This document shows, piece after piece, positions 19,117 to 29,280 of a DNA stretch of 64,000 nucleotides. Source of the DNA: Alphaproteobacteria bacterium (GTDB lineage Bacteria; Pseudomonadota; Alphaproteobacteria; JABAAW01); the NCBI GenBank assembly GCA_965216605.1, contig CBDCGG010000002.1, positions 1,159,871 to 1,223,870 on the forward strand, read 5' to 3'. Within the stretch, counting starts at the first letter, position 1, and the number at the start of each line of letters is the position of its first letter. Under the pieces are notes generated by a model. It worked only from the letters and a program-made list of their open reading frames with translations. It made no database searches and was not told the DNA's origin. Both the position numbers and the translations under genes were made by a program.

Positions 19117-19599
19117 TCAGGGTTTTTTTGCGGTGGCGGGAGTGGCTTTGGGCAAAGGTTTGGACTTGGCTTCGGGAGTGGCTTTGGCTTTGGGTGCGTT
19201 ATCGAAGAAGTGGAAGCGTCGGTAGACGCTGGCGAAGCCTGCCACCACGCCGAAGGAGAGCAAGAAGGCGGTGAGCATCGTGTGAACTAGTCCTAGTGTT
19301 GATTCGCCTTTCGAGACGATCAGCCAAACGCCTGCCGTGATCGCGGTGCAGACGGGGGCGGCGAGATTGACGATCGACAGGTTTGCAGTTCTAGAGGTTC
19401 TGCCCACGATCGTATAGCTCCCCAAAAACAGAGAAAGAACCAGAAGTGTCAGAAGGGTTGTAAGATCGTTGTCGCCTGTTGAAAGCGGATTGTCCGAAGA
19501 CACCATGAGATGTTGCGCTAGAAAGGCGATATCGTTCGCGTGCTCCGAGATATCTTGCAGGTGCAGCAGCAATTCTTGCGAGGGGGGATTCTTCTCCAT
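19117..19599 (-). CDS. Small membrane protein, unknown function
   Basis: 160 aa with 3-4 TM helices and a K/A/P-rich C-terminal tail. Same strand as the 18195 gene. Confidence 0.4.
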   Translation of the reverse strand: MEKNPPSQELLLHLQDISEHANDIAFLAQHLMVSSDNPLSTGDNDLTTLLTLLVLSLFLGSYTIVGRTSRTANLSIVNLAAPVCTAITAGVWLIVSKGESTLGLVHTMLTAFLLSFGVVAGFASVYRRFHFFDNAPKAKATPEAKSKPLPKATPATAKKP

Positions 19600-19780
19600 G
19601 CGGTTTCTCCTTGGCTCTATCTTTAAGGCTCTCTACCTGGAGCCTCTCCCTTGCTATAGTCAACTTGCAACAAGATAGCAGGATTGTTCTACGAGCGGCA
19701 AGCGAAATCTGCTATAGTTTTTCTTTCGCACAAAAACTTCACTTTCCCTTTCACTACACTTTACTTTATAGGAGAGCCTT

Positions 19781-21082
19781 ATGTCTCAACCCTCGACTTC
19801 GGAGATGACCTCTTTTTTTAACGATTCTCTTGCTTCTAGCGATGCGGAGATATGCGCTGCTTTGGAGGGGGAGTTCATAAGACAGCGAGATGGAGTAGAG
19901 CTGATTGCTTCCGAGAACATTGTCTCAAGGGCGGTGTTGGAGACGGCGGGATGCGTGCTCACGAACAAGTATGCCGAGGGCTATCCGGGCAGAAGGTATT
20001 ACGGCGGATGCGACCCCTCCGATGATGTCGAGCGACTGGCGATCGAGCGAGCAAAAAAATTGTTCAATTGTCCATTTGCCAACGTGCAACCGCACTCGGG
20101 CTCGCAGGCGAATCAGGCGGTCTTCTTTGCTTTGTTGCAACCCGGCGACAGCTATCTTTCGATGGCATTGGACGAGGGGGGACATTTGTCGCATGGGGCT
20201 TCCGTCAATATTTCGGGGAGGTGGTTCAAGCCTATCCATTACGGGCTTGACCCCCAAAGTCAGAGGATCGATTACGACAATCTGGAGAGGCTTGCTTCCG
20301 AGCATAAGCCAAAGTTGATTCTCGCGGGGGGATCTGCTTATCCTAGGATTATCGATTTCGAGAGGATTGCCAAAATAGCGAAATCTTGCGGGGCGTGGTT
20401 TATGGTTGATATGGCGCATATTGCCGGATTGGTAGCGGGGGGAGTGCATCCTTCGCCGATACCTCATGCGGATGTTGTCACTTCGACTACGCACAAGACT
20501 TTACGCTCGGCGAGGGGGGGATTGATTCTCTCTCACGACGAGGCGATTGGAAAAAAAATTAATAGTGCTATCTTTCCTGGGTTACAGGGTGGTCCTTTGA
20601 TGCATTTAGTTGCGGCTAAGGCGGTGGGTTTGGGGGAGGCGTTGCGTCCTTCGTTTGGGGAGTATGCTAGGGCTATTGTTGCGAATGCGCAAGTTTTAGC
20701 GGAGGTATTAATCAAGGGGGGATATGGGTTAGTTTCGGGGGGTACGGACACGCATTTAGTATTGGTAGATTTACGAGAAAAAGGAGTTACGGGGAGGGAT
20801 AGTGAGGTTTCGTTGGAGAGGGCGGGGATTACTTGTAATAAGAATGGGGTACCTGCGGATGATGCTCCTCCTATGGTTACTTCGGGGATTAGGCTGGGTG
20901 TTCCTGCGGTGACGACGCGGGGTATGGGTGAGGATGAGGTTAGATTAATTGGGGAGTTGATTGTGCGGATTTTGGATGGATTGGCTGTGAGTGGGATTGA
21001 GGGTAACACAAAAATTGAAACAGAAGTAAAAGGAGAGATAATGGAGTTGTGTAAGAGATTTCCGTTGTATCCGTTTGGGTGA
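19781..21082 (+). CDS. glyA: Serine hydroxymethyltransferase
   Basis: SHMT signatures (…[37 protein letters not shown]…, PLP-Lys region [13 protein letters not shown]). The 3' half is strongly C-depleted on the coding strand. Confidence 0.9.
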   Translation: MSQPSTSEMTSFFNDSLASSDAEICAALEGEFIRQRDGVELIASENIVSRAVLETAGCVLTNKYAEGYPGRRYYGGCDPSDDVERLAIERAKKLFNCPFANVQPHSGSQANQAVFFALLQPGDSYLSMALDEGGHLSHGASVNISGRWFKPIHYGLDPQSQRIDYDNLERLASEHKPKLILAGGSAYPRIIDFERIAKIAKSCGAWFMVDMAHIAGLVAGGVHPSPIPHADVVTSTTHKTLRSARGGLILSHDEAIGKKINSAIFPGLQGGPLMHLVAAKAVGLGEALRPSFGEYARAIVANAQVLAEVLIKGGYGLVSGGTDTHLVLVDLREKGVTGRDSEVSLERAGITCNKNGVPADDAPPMVTSGIRLGVPAVTTRGMGEDEVRLIGELIVRILDGLAVSGIEGNTKIETEVKGEIMELCKRFPLYPFG

Positions 21083-21182
21083 TATAACAGGATAGGAATG
21101 TTGGAAATGTTGGGTATGTTGTCCGCGTTCGTTCGCGCTTCCTTACGGGCTCTCTCGCGTGGACAACGGATGGTGCGTGCTT

Positions 21183-21358
21183 ACTACACCCTCGCAAGCC
21201 AAAGGCTTGCGTATGGGGGGTGTGGGGGGACGAAGTTCCCCCGCAAAAACGCGCCGCGAGCGGGCGCGTTAGCGCCTTCTACGCGCGTAGCGCGTAGCCT
21301 CTTAATACTTAAAAGCGCGTTTCGCAGAAACGCGCAAGCAGCCTTGCGGTTTTACGAT
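21183..21358. repeat. Dispersed modular palindromic repeat, copy R1 (modules B+C, partial)
   Basis: ggggggtgtggggggacgaagttcccccgcaaaa...gcgccttctacgcgcgtagcgcgtagcctctta shared with at least 8 other loci. Confidence 0.75.
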
Positions 21359-21415
21359 GGTAAGAAACTTTGGTTTACATCATCGACTTGGGGAGGGTGG
21401 TGTTTTGCGGTTCTT

Positions 21416-22582
21416 TTGTTGGCAGGGGTTGTAATAATAGCAATTGTTTATCTTTCTTTAATTCCTAAAGATGCCGACACCATTAAGTACTTAGAACTTT
21501 ATGCGGTGATTGTCATTGGACTTATGTCTCTTTATATTGCAGGGTCGAGCTTTTGGGCAAAACAAGGCAGCGCGTTTTTTGTGGAATATCAAACAGCAAA
21601 GGATATGAATGTTGTTGACTTGTTTACATCTTCTAATATATTAGAAGATGCTATTGGCAATCCTGCAAACTCTACCATGCCTTATGTAAAAAGAATCTAC
21701 ATACGCAATGAAAAAAACAAACACGAGGCAATTAAAAGAATTTTATTGCAATTGCCAAACGAACAGACTCTTGTTTTAAAAGAATATAAAAAAGCCGACG
21801 CTCTTCTTATAAAGCCCTATGAAGCCAAGGTATTAAAATTAAATGCGGTAACATTTTATTTTAAGGAATATGACTTGACTCATGTAGGTAGAGGAAACTT
21901 TTTTTTTGATGATAATTTTGTGTATACTATTAAGGATGAAGAAATTCTTCGGAGCGGAAAAATTATTGTCGAAACAGCGCAAGGGCAGTCCTGTATTAAA
22001 AATAATAACAAGCCAATTTCATTTTGCAGCGAAAAGAATTTATTAAAACCAAGTAGATCTTTTTTTGGCATAACTTCCAGCGAACAAGAATTGACTTTTG
22101 GTTTTGATGTTATTTGTTCGCTAGAACTTTTAATGAAAAAAAATTTTGCTGACGATAAAATTTTTAATGACAGCATGCAAAAACAAATTTCTGAATATCC
22201 AAAAATAGCTGAAATGTTTTATAGGAGAGAAGGAGAATTGGCAATTCAAATAGTAATAAATTTATATAATAATATATCCTTATCATACTTTTTCCAAGCC
22301 CACAAAAAAAAATACACCTTACCTGTGCATGCAAATATAAAGAAAGAATTTTATGAGGCGTATAAAAAACATAAATTTTTTCCATTGCCAGCGGTGTTTG
22401 AAAAATCAAAAACCCAAAAAAACCGTATGTCTTTTTTTAATTTTTATTCTTTCTGTGATTCATGGGCAGAAAAAAAATGGGGAAAAAATAAAAGTAAAAT
22501 TTATAATTTTCCACAAGGATATTGCAACCAATTTGCTGTTTGCCAAAAAGAAACAAAAATCATCGACGACTTAAAACCTTAG
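21416..22582 (+). CDS. Hypothetical membrane-anchored protein on low-GC islet (island a); start uncertain
   Basis: About 30% GC over about 1.15 kb against a roughly 62% background. N-terminal TM helix (CFAVLLLAGVVIIAIVYLSLIP) and a second helix, then an about 330-aa K/N/F-rich globular part with no recognisable domain. The six-frame ORF start at 21098 runs through repeat R1 and is rejected; a TTG or internal ATG start is likely. Confidence 0.4.
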   Translation: MLAGVVIIAIVYLSLIPKDADTIKYLELYAVIVIGLMSLYIAGSSFWAKQGSAFFVEYQTAKDMNVVDLFTSSNILEDAIGNPANSTMPYVKRIYIRNEKNKHEAIKRILLQLPNEQTLVLKEYKKADALLIKPYEAKVLKLNAVTFYFKEYDLTHVGRGNFFFDDNFVYTIKDEEILRSGKIIVETAQGQSCIKNNNKPISFCSEKNLLKPSRSFFGITSSEQELTFGFDVICSLELLMKKNFADDKIFNDSMQKQISEYPKIAEMFYRREGELAIQIVINLYNNISLSYFFQAHKKKYTLPVHANIKKEFYEAYKKHKFFPLPAVFEKSKTQKNRMSFFNFYSFCDSWAEKKWGKNKSKIYNFPQGYCNQFAVCQKETKIIDDLKP

Positions 22583-22810
22583 CTCCTCGTCGTGTTGCGA
22601 GTCAGCTTGCGCACGGCAAGCCGTGCGCTTTTGAATAAGAGGCTACGCACTTCGCTTCGCTCGTGCGTAGATAAAGCGCTTACGCGCTCGCTCGCAGCGG
22701 GCTTTTTGCGGGGGGACTGCGTCCCCCCACGCCCCCCATGCGCAAAACTCACTTCGCCCAAAACTCATCTTAAGGCTCGCTCGTCTTGCGTTCTCCCGTC
22801 AATAATAAAA
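22583..22810. repeat. Dispersed modular repeat, copy R2 (inverted orientation; modules C+B)
   Basis: agtcagcttgcgcacggcaagccgtgcgcttttgaataagaggctacgca... ...ggggggactgcgtccccccacgcccccc, the reverse complement of the R1/R3 modules. Confidence 0.75.
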
Positions 22811-22845
22811 CGCCCCTTCTCTGCGTAAAGTGCTACAATCCCCCC

Positions 22846-24054
22846 ATGTCCTCCTCCTCCCAAATATCCCCCGCCGCACAGCACAAGCTCGACACAAGAA
22901 TGATGCACTCCGCAATCTCCCTCGCACGCTCCGCACAAGGCTCAACCTTCCCAAATCCACCCATAGCCTGCATAATCGCCCATTCCGAAACTATCATCGC
23001 CTTCGCAACAACAGCACCCTCAGGAAGACCCCACGCCGAAACTCAAGCCCTGAAAATAGCCGCCGCAGCAGCCAAAGGAGCAACCCTCTACACAACCTTG
23101 GAGCCCTGCACCCACACCAATAAACACAATACTCCCCCCTGCTGCATATCTATCGCCTCCTCAAAAATCTCCCGCGTCTGCTACCCACTACAAGACCCAG
23201 ACCCCCGAACAAACGGAACATGTAAAAAAATACTGGAATCTAACAATATCGAAGTTACAGAAAATCTCTGCACAAAAGAAGCCACTCAACAACTCTTACC
23301 CTATCTGAAACGAACCCAGAAAAATCTCCCCTTCCTAACACTCAAACTCGCCGCATCCATAGACGGAAAAATCTCCGCATCCTCAAATCTATACCCCAAC
23401 AAACAAACCCACATCAGCAGCGACAAAGCACGCATCTACCGAAACTCCCTCCTCAGACAATTCGATGCCATCCTCATCGGAGCGCAAACAATGCGCTCAG
23501 ATAATCCTAAACTCCTGCTCGACGATAACTTCCACACACAACAGAAACATCCCTTCGCGCCCATCAGGATAATCCTCGACGGAGGGCTAACCATCCCCCT
23601 AGAAAGCAAGCTCGTCCAAACCCTCGACCAAGCCCCCCTCTGGATACTCACCCGCGCCTCCGAAGAAGCTAGCGACAAAGGTACAGCCCTCAAAAATAGC
23701 GGCGTCCGACTAATTCCCATACCAGCCCTCTCCAAACAAGGCGGAGGCGTACGACTATCCCTGCCCCACGCCCTCAGCACGCTCGCCCAAGAAGGTATAG
23801 CATCCATACTCTGCGAAGGTGGAGCAAAACTCGCTCACGCACTCCTACATGAAAATTTGCACGAAAATTTAGTAGACCAACTCATCCTCTTCTCCGCTCC
23901 CCACGCGCTAGGCGCACAAGGACGCTCCATGTTTGAAGGTACCGACGCGCAACGCATCAATTTCCAACTAGAAGAATCTATCTCCTTAGGAGACGACGAA
24001 GTGCGCACCTTCCGTATCCAAAAAAATAACTATATAAAAAATAATCATGTTTAG
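22846..24054 (+). CDS. ribD: Bifunctional riboflavin biosynthesis protein RibD (deaminase/reductase)
   Basis: Deaminase motifs HAETQAL and TLEPCTHTNKHNTPPC, then a reductase domain. The coding strand is extremely G-depleted (C/A-rich). Confidence 0.8.
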   Translation: MSSSSQISPAAQHKLDTRMMHSAISLARSAQGSTFPNPPIACIIAHSETIIAFATTAPSGRPHAETQALKIAAAAAKGATLYTTLEPCTHTNKHNTPPCCISIASSKISRVCYPLQDPDPRTNGTCKKILESNNIEVTENLCTKEATQQLLPYLKRTQKNLPFLTLKLAASIDGKISASSNLYPNKQTHISSDKARIYRNSLLRQFDAILIGAQTMRSDNPKLLLDDNFHTQQKHPFAPIRIILDGGLTIPLESKLVQTLDQAPLWILTRASEEASDKGTALKNSGVRLIPIPALSKQGGGVRLSLPHALSTLAQEGIASILCEGGAKLAHALLHENLHENLVDQLILFSAPHALGAQGRSMFEGTDAQRINFQLEESISLGDDEVRTFRIQKNNYIKNNHV

Positions 24055-24697
24055 CGGTATCATAACCCATACAGGAAAAGTCGTAGCACTCAACACAAGC
24101 CGCCCAAAAACCGAGCAGGCAGACTGGCAACTCACCATAGAAACCGACATGGAAGCCTCGCGTTGTGCCATCGGAGCATCGATCGCCTGCAACGGAATCT
24201 GCCTCACCGTCGCACATCACGAATCCTCCGAAAATAACTCGCGCTTCGTAGTACAAGCAGGGACAACAACACGCGAACGCACAACGCTCGGCGAGTGGGA
24301 TGTCGGACGCTCGGTGAACTTGGAGAGCTCGCTCCGCCTCGGCGATCCGCTAGACGGACATCTCGTCACAGGGCATGTCGATGCCTGCGTCAGCGTAGCG
24401 AAGCGTATCGAACGCGAAAACGAAATCGGGTTAGATTTTCTGTTCCCCTCCATTAAAGACGAGTCAGCTCAACACCTACACGCCTGCTGCGCAGTGAGAG
24501 GATCGATCACAATAGACGGCGTGTCGCTGACAATCTCATCTTGCAGCGACAAAGTTTTCTCGGTCGCCGTCATCCCCTACACAGCAGAGCATACAACGCT
24601 AGGCAAACTACGCGTAGGAGAGCGCGTCAATTTGGAGATAGATATTCTCGCGCGCTATGTAGCTCGAAGATTAGAAGTGTTAGGAAAAGTATCATGA
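24047..24697 (+). CDS. ribE: Riboflavin synthase
   Basis: MFSGIITHTGKV N-terminus and duplicated lumazine-binding half-domains. Confidence 0.8.
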   Translation: MFSGIITHTGKVVALNTSRPKTEQADWQLTIETDMEASRCAIGASIACNGICLTVAHHESSENNSRFVVQAGTTTRERTTLGEWDVGRSVNLESSLRLGDPLDGHLVTGHVDACVSVAKRIERENEIGLDFLFPSIKDESAQHLHACCAVRGSITIDGVSLTISSCSDKVFSVAVIPYTAEHTTLGKLRVGERVNLEIDILARYVARRLEVLGKVS

Positions 24698-25224
24698 CAA
24701 AGCGTAACGGTGGTGACAGATTCGGTGGAGAATTAGGTGGAGGCTCTCTTGCTGTGAAGGGGAGGATTGTCGTTCTTCGCGCGCCCTATTATGCAGATGT
24801 AGTAGAGATGTTAAGGACAGGAGTAGAGCGCGCAGCTTCGGCGTATAGCTCTGTTTCTTTAGGTAAGGCAGAGGAGGATATCGTCGTCGGCGGAGCGTTA
24901 GAACTGCCGTTGGCGATGTCGTTGTTTGTGGAGGGATGTGAGGAGGATGCTCGCACCGCGATAAAGAGAGGAGAGTTAGGTTTCGTAGCCTTGGGTTGTA
25001 TAGTTAGAGGGGAGACCGAGCATTTCTCGCTTGTCAGCGAGCAGTGTTATCGAGGGTTGCAGGAGGTTTCGTTGCGTTGTTCTGCTCCTTTGGGGGTTGG
25101 AGTTTTGGCTTGCAATTCGTTGGAGCAGGCTGGGGCAAGGGCGGATATACAGGGAGAGATAGATTGTGGCGGGCAGGCGTTGCGTGCTTGTTGTGGATTG
25201 ATGTCGTTACGGCAGGGTTGTTGA
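24694..25224 (+). CDS. ribH: 6,7-dimethyl-8-ribityllumazine synthase
   Basis: …GRIVVLRAPYYADVVEMLRTG… and …GFVALGCIVRGETEHFSLVSEQ… typical of RibH. Start is ATG at 24694 with an AGGAAAAG RBS. Confidence 0.75.
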   Translation: MTKRNGGDRFGGELGGGSLAVKGRIVVLRAPYYADVVEMLRTGVERAASAYSSVSLGKAEEDIVVGGALELPLAMSLFVEGCEEDARTAIKRGELGFVALGCIVRGETEHFSLVSEQCYRGLQEVSLRCSAPLGVGVLACNSLEQAGARADIQGEIDCGGQALRACCGLMSLRQGC

Positions 25225-25225
25225 G

Positions 25226-25768
25226 ATGTCGAAGGTATCGAAGGCGGAGGCAGAGTTGATGGTACGGCGGGCTACTCGGTTAGCTGCGTTGCAGATATTG
25301 TATGGTCAGCAGTTCAAGGGGGAAACTTTGTATCAGACAGATCCTTATTGGGATGAGGATGAGGGGAGGGATGGAGACAATATTAATAAGTTTGAGAACA
25401 CGCGGAGTGATAGGGTATTTTTGGCGAAGTTGTTATCTTGTGCTAGAACGAATCGGAGAGTTTTGCAGGGGTGGTTATCGGATCGTGTTGTTGGGAGGTC
25501 TTGGGAGAATGTAGATTTGTTGTTGCGGTTGATTATGTGGCTGGGTGTTGCGGAGATGGTATTGGTAAGTATAGACGAGGCTGGCAAAGGAATGGGAACA
25601 GGCAAAGTTAGATTAGGGAGATTAGCGGGAGAGTATTGTGGGATGACTAGTTTATTTTATGATGATGCGGGGGTTATAGGGTTAGTTAATGGTGTGTTGG
25701 ATGGGGCTGCTAAAAGTGATTTGGGGAAGGTCTTGCGGGGGGAGGGTATTGCGAAGGGGGAGGGCTAG
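25226..25768 (+). CDS. nusB: Transcription antitermination factor NusB
   Basis: …ATRLAALQILYGQQFKGE… NusB fold. Conserved ribH-nusB-thiL synteny. Confidence 0.8.
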   Translation: MSKVSKAEAELMVRRATRLAALQILYGQQFKGETLYQTDPYWDEDEGRDGDNINKFENTRSDRVFLAKLLSCARTNRRVLQGWLSDRVVGRSWENVDLLLRLIMWLGVAEMVLVSIDEAGKGMGTGKVRLGRLAGEYCGMTSLFYDDAGVIGLVNGVLDGAAKSDLGKVLRGEGIAKGEG

Positions 25769-25774
25769 TTGTGA

Positions 25775-26045
25775 TAGGTTTTTTGTCTGTTGCGCTCGCG
25801 CTTGTGCTTTTTAAAGGCACGCGCTCGCGCAACAGATTTGCTTTGTATGATGACGGATGCAAAACATGCGCACGCGAAGCGTGCGCGGGGGGTGTGGGGG
25901 GATAAATTCCCCCCACGAAGACCCCGCGTCAGCGGGGGGAATTTGTCCCCTCGCGCACGCAGTGCGCTTTCTACACACTTTGCGCGAAGCGCAAAGTGTG
26001 TAGCCTCTTATTCAAAAGCGCACGGCTTGCCGTGCGCAAGCTGAC
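25775..26045. repeat. Dispersed modular repeat, copy R3 (modules A+B+C)
   Basis: gtctgttgcgctcgcgcttgtgctttttaaaggcacgcgctcgcgcaacaga... ggggggtgtggggggataaattccccccacgaagaccccgcgtcagcgg ...gtgtagcctcttattcaaaagcgcacggcttgccgtgcgcaagctgactc. Confidence 0.8.
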
Positions 26046-26138
26046 TCTTAACACGGTACAGCGTCTTTAATTTTGCCTAGAAAATAGAGACAAAAAAAAA
26101 TACGCAAGCACACACAAATCTGCTATACTCTCCCCATC

Positions 26139-27140
26139 GTGTCTTTCTCCGAATCTACCCTCATCGCACAATATATCGCTCCACATATATCATCTCCGCT
26201 CGCAAAAAATTTGCTCGACGATACCGCACTCATACCCCCGCCTCCAGCAAACTGCTCCTACGCCGTCTCAACCGACACAATCGTCGAACATATCCATACC
26301 CTCCCCTCAACATCTCCCCAAGCCTACGCACAAAAAATTCTCGCAGCAAACCTCTCCGACCTCGCAGCCCAAGCCGCCAAACCCCTCGCTATACTCCTCT
26401 CCCTCACAATCCCCAAACAAAAAGCCGAACGCTTCATTAAAGAATTCTCCCCAGCCTTCGCATTAGGTTGCAAACAAAACAACCTCCTCTGGCTCGGAGG
26501 AGACCTCACAACAACACCCCACAATATCTGCATCTCCGCTACCATCATCGGAGCATCACAAAAAAATATCGACCCCAAAAGAGCCAACGCCAAAAATAAC
26601 GACATCATCCTCATAACAGGAGAACTCGGCGAAGCAGCACTCGGACTCAAAGTCCTCCAAGAAACAGCCCCGCAACAACGCACCCGCGCTCAACGAAAAG
26701 CAGCCCTTCGCTACAACAACCCCACCGCCCGATGGAAAGAAGCCCTGCTAATCGCTCCCTACGCGAACGCCATGATGGATATCTCCGACGGACTGGTAGC
26801 CGACCTCACAAAACTCTGCTCCGCAGCACAACTCGGAGCAGACCTCTGTCTTCCCTCAATCCCCATCGCGAAAACCCTCATGGAAACACTTCCCGCACAC
26901 CAAGCCCTCGCCATCGCTATCTCTAGCGGCGAAGACTTCGAACTGCTCGTCACTGCCTCCCCCGAAAACTACGAAATCCTGCAAAAAAAATTAGCCAGCA
27001 AAACAGCGACCCAAACATCTCTTTTGTCCCTCACCCGCATCGGAACGCTCAACAACAACAAGGGCAAAATCCGCTACCTCGATGCCTCCCAAAAAGAAAC
27101 ACCTCCCCCCAAACACAAAGGCTACGACCACTTCGCCTGA
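26139..27140 (+). CDS. thiL: Thiamine-monophosphate kinase
   Basis: AIR-synthase-related/ThiL architecture (…DDTALIPPP…, …LWLGGDLTTTP…, …NDIILITGELGEAALG…). Follows nusB. Coding strand is G-depleted. Confidence 0.7.
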   Translation: MSFSESTLIAQYIAPHISSPLAKNLLDDTALIPPPPANCSYAVSTDTIVEHIHTLPSTSPQAYAQKILAANLSDLAAQAAKPLAILLSLTIPKQKAERFIKEFSPAFALGCKQNNLLWLGGDLTTTPHNICISATIIGASQKNIDPKRANAKNNDIILITGELGEAALGLKVLQETAPQQRTRAQRKAALRYNNPTARWKEALLIAPYANAMMDISDGLVADLTKLCSAAQLGADLCLPSIPIAKTLMETLPAHQALAIAISSGEDFELLVTASPENYEILQKKLASKTATQTSLLSLTRIGTLNNNKGKIRYLDASQKETPPPKHKGYDHFA

Positions 27141-27266
27141 ATTATTACACGCTCCCACGCATCCCCCCTTCGCTCTCTTTGCGTTTTGCTTCGCCCCTCT
27201 CGCAAGCCTCCCCTTTCTTGCCTCCCGCTCCCTTTTGCCTCAAGCCCTCTCGGTCGCTCGCCTGTG

Positions 27267-27626
27267 CTATTGTTGTTGCTCGATTTTTTTCATCAAAGCG
27301 CGGTAGCGTCCGCTGAGCACGCGCAACAGAGCAACGACAAAAGGATTGGATTGTTTCAGGCAAGCATCGAAGGTGGGACGATCCATGCTGTCGCACTCGG
27401 TCGGGACGGTCGCAACCGCGTTGGCGGTGCGCGGCGAGCGATCGATCAAAGCCAGCTCTCCGACGATCTGCCGAGGGCCGACATAGGCGATATGTTGCTT
27501 TTTGCCATCTGCCTCGGTGTAGATTTCCAACTGCCCGTTCAAGACCATGTAAGCCTTTTCGGGACTCTTGTCGCCCTGACGAATCAGGATTTCACCGGGT
27601 TTCAAGCTGACGCTCTTTTCTGCCAT
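27267..27626 (-). CDS. Cyclic-nucleotide-binding domain protein
   Basis: 119 aa. …ILIRQGDKSPEKAYMVLNGQLEIYTEADGKKQHIAYVGPRQIVGELALIDRSPRTANAVA… matches the CAP/cNMP-binding beta-barrel. Confidence 0.6.
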   Translation of the reverse strand: MAEKSVSLKPGEILIRQGDKSPEKAYMVLNGQLEIYTEADGKKQHIAYVGPRQIVGELALIDRSPRTANAVATVPTECDSMDRPTFDACLKQSNPFVVALLRVLSGRYRALMKKIEQQQ

Positions 27627-27696
27627 TGTCCTTGTTTCCTTGAGAGTGGTTTGAGAATCGTTACAAAGAAAACTATAGAGGCAGAGATTCCCTTTG

Positions 27697-29205
27697 TCAA
27701 GCGATTTTGACAGCGACGCTCTTGACGGAGCAATAGTTCGCGAGCCCTTCGAGTCCTTTCTCGCGTCCGAAGCCGGAGAGCCTGTTGCCGCCGAAGGGTA
27801 GTGCCATTCCTCCTGCGAAGTACTCGTTGATCGTTACCTGCCCGACTTGCAGATCACGAGCAAGTCCTAGCGCGCGGTCGATGTTCTGCGTATAGATGCC
27901 GGCGTAAAGCCCGTAGCATGTGTTGTCGGCGAGCGCAAAGGCTTGTTGCGCGTCCTCCGCCACTTGCACAGCCAGCACAGGACCGAATATCTCTTCTTGC
28001 ACGATGGGGTCTTGTGCGTCCAGCTTGTCGAGGATGGTAGGTTCGAAAAACCATCCTTTTTCGGTTTCGGGGTCTAAAGCTGCGTTGCCGCCTGTGCGAG
28101 GAGTGATGCCTCGGCTTTTGGCTTCTTGGATGTAGCGTTCGATCTTGTCGCGTTGCTCGCGCGTTGCGATCGCACCGATGTTGGGGTTGCGCAGCCCGTG
28201 TCCGAGCGAGAGACCTTGCGCGCGCTCGACGAGACGATCGAGAAATTTCTCGTGGATGCTCCTTTCGATGACGAGCCTTGATCCTGCCGAGCAGATCTGT
28301 CCTGCGTGCTCGAAGATGGCATACAGCGTGCCTTCCAGCGCGGCGTCGAAGTTGCAATCTGCCAGCACGATGACGGGAGATTTGCCTCCGAGTTCCATTG
28401 TTGTGTGCGTGACGCTCTCGGCGGCGGCGTGCAGGACTTTCTTGCCTGTTGCGAGCGATCCTGTGAAGGTGATGTGGTCGATGCCTTTGTGTTGAGCGAG
28501 TCTTGCTCCTGCGCCTTCGCCTGTGCCGACGACGACATTGCAAACGCCTTCGGGCAATCCTGCGCGAGTGAGCAGGTGTGCCAGCATGAGTGCGGTGAGG
28601 GAGGTTTGTTCTGCGGGTTTGCAGACGACGCAGCATCCAGCGGCGAGCGCGGGAGCGACACCTCGCAGCAGGGTTACTAATGGATAGTTCCACGGCGTGA
28701 TGTGGAGCGAGACGCCCACGGGTTCCAGCAGTGTGAAGCCGAGGTAGTTTTTGCCGAGCGGCATGGTATTGCCGAACACTTTGTCGGCGGCACTTGCGTA
28801 AAAGCGTAGCGTTGCGATGGAGGAGGCGATGTCGCCTTGTGCTTGCGCGAGGGTTTTACCTGCGTCGAGGCATTCGACGACGGCGAAGCGCGCTGCTTCT
28901 TGTTCGAGCAGGTTGGCGGCTTGGAAGAGGGTCTTGGCGCGCTCGGTGGGGGTGCTTTGTCCCCAGCCTTCTTGCGAGTTGTTGCGGAAGGCGTTGCGTG
29001 CGGCGGAGATGGCTTGTTCGACTTCTTCTTCGCCTGCGGAGCAGATTTCTGCGAAGGCTTCGCCGCGTCCGGGGTCGAAGACGGGGATGGTGTCGTTGTT
29101 GTGTGCGGAGGTGCTTTTACCTGCGATGTGGCTTTGGGTGGGGAGGTTTGCTATGCGCCCTGTGGAGCGGGCTTCTTCGATGTAGTCTTTGAGGGGGGTG
29201 GGCAT
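27697..29205 (-). CDS. NAD(P)-dependent aldehyde dehydrogenase
   Basis: ALDH catalytic motifs (…MELGGKSP…, …FEHAGQICSAGSRL…). 502 aa. Confidence 0.85.
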   Translation of the reverse strand: MPTPLKDYIEEARSTGRIANLPTQSHIAGKSTSAHNNDTIPVFDPGRGEAFAEICSAGEEEVEQAISAARNAFRNNSQEGWGQSTPTERAKTLFQAANLLEQEAARFAVVECLDAGKTLAQAQGDIASSIATLRFYASAADKVFGNTMPLGKNYLGFTLLEPVGVSLHITPWNYPLVTLLRGVAPALAAGCCVVCKPAEQTSLTALMLAHLLTRAGLPEGVCNVVVGTGEGAGARLAQHKGIDHITFTGSLATGKKVLHAAAESVTHTTMELGGKSPVIVLADCNFDAALEGTLYAIFEHAGQICSAGSRLVIERSIHEKFLDRLVERAQGLSLGHGLRNPNIGAIATREQRDKIERYIQEAKSRGITPRTGGNAALDPETEKGWFFEPTILDKLDAQDPIVQEEIFGPVLAVQVAEDAQQAFALADNTCYGLYAGIYTQNIDRALGLARDLQVGQVTINEYFAGGMALPFGGNRLSGFGREKGLEGLANYCSVKSVAVKIA

Positions 29206-29280
29206 GGGGGTTCCTCTTGGGGTGGGGTGAGGGGGGGTGTGGAGGCTTTTCTTTTAGCACAGAGAAGGGGGAGGAGTCTA

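Noticed and set aside
21098-21415. N-terminal 105 aa of the island-a ORF
   Set aside because: It is translated straight through repeat R1 (shared with 8 other loci) and across the GC-content boundary, so it is not plausibly coding.
27854-28693. 279-aa Arg-rich ORF inside the aldehyde dehydrogenase gene
   Set aside because: Same strand but wrong frame. The ALDH frame carries the catalytic Cys/Glu motifs.
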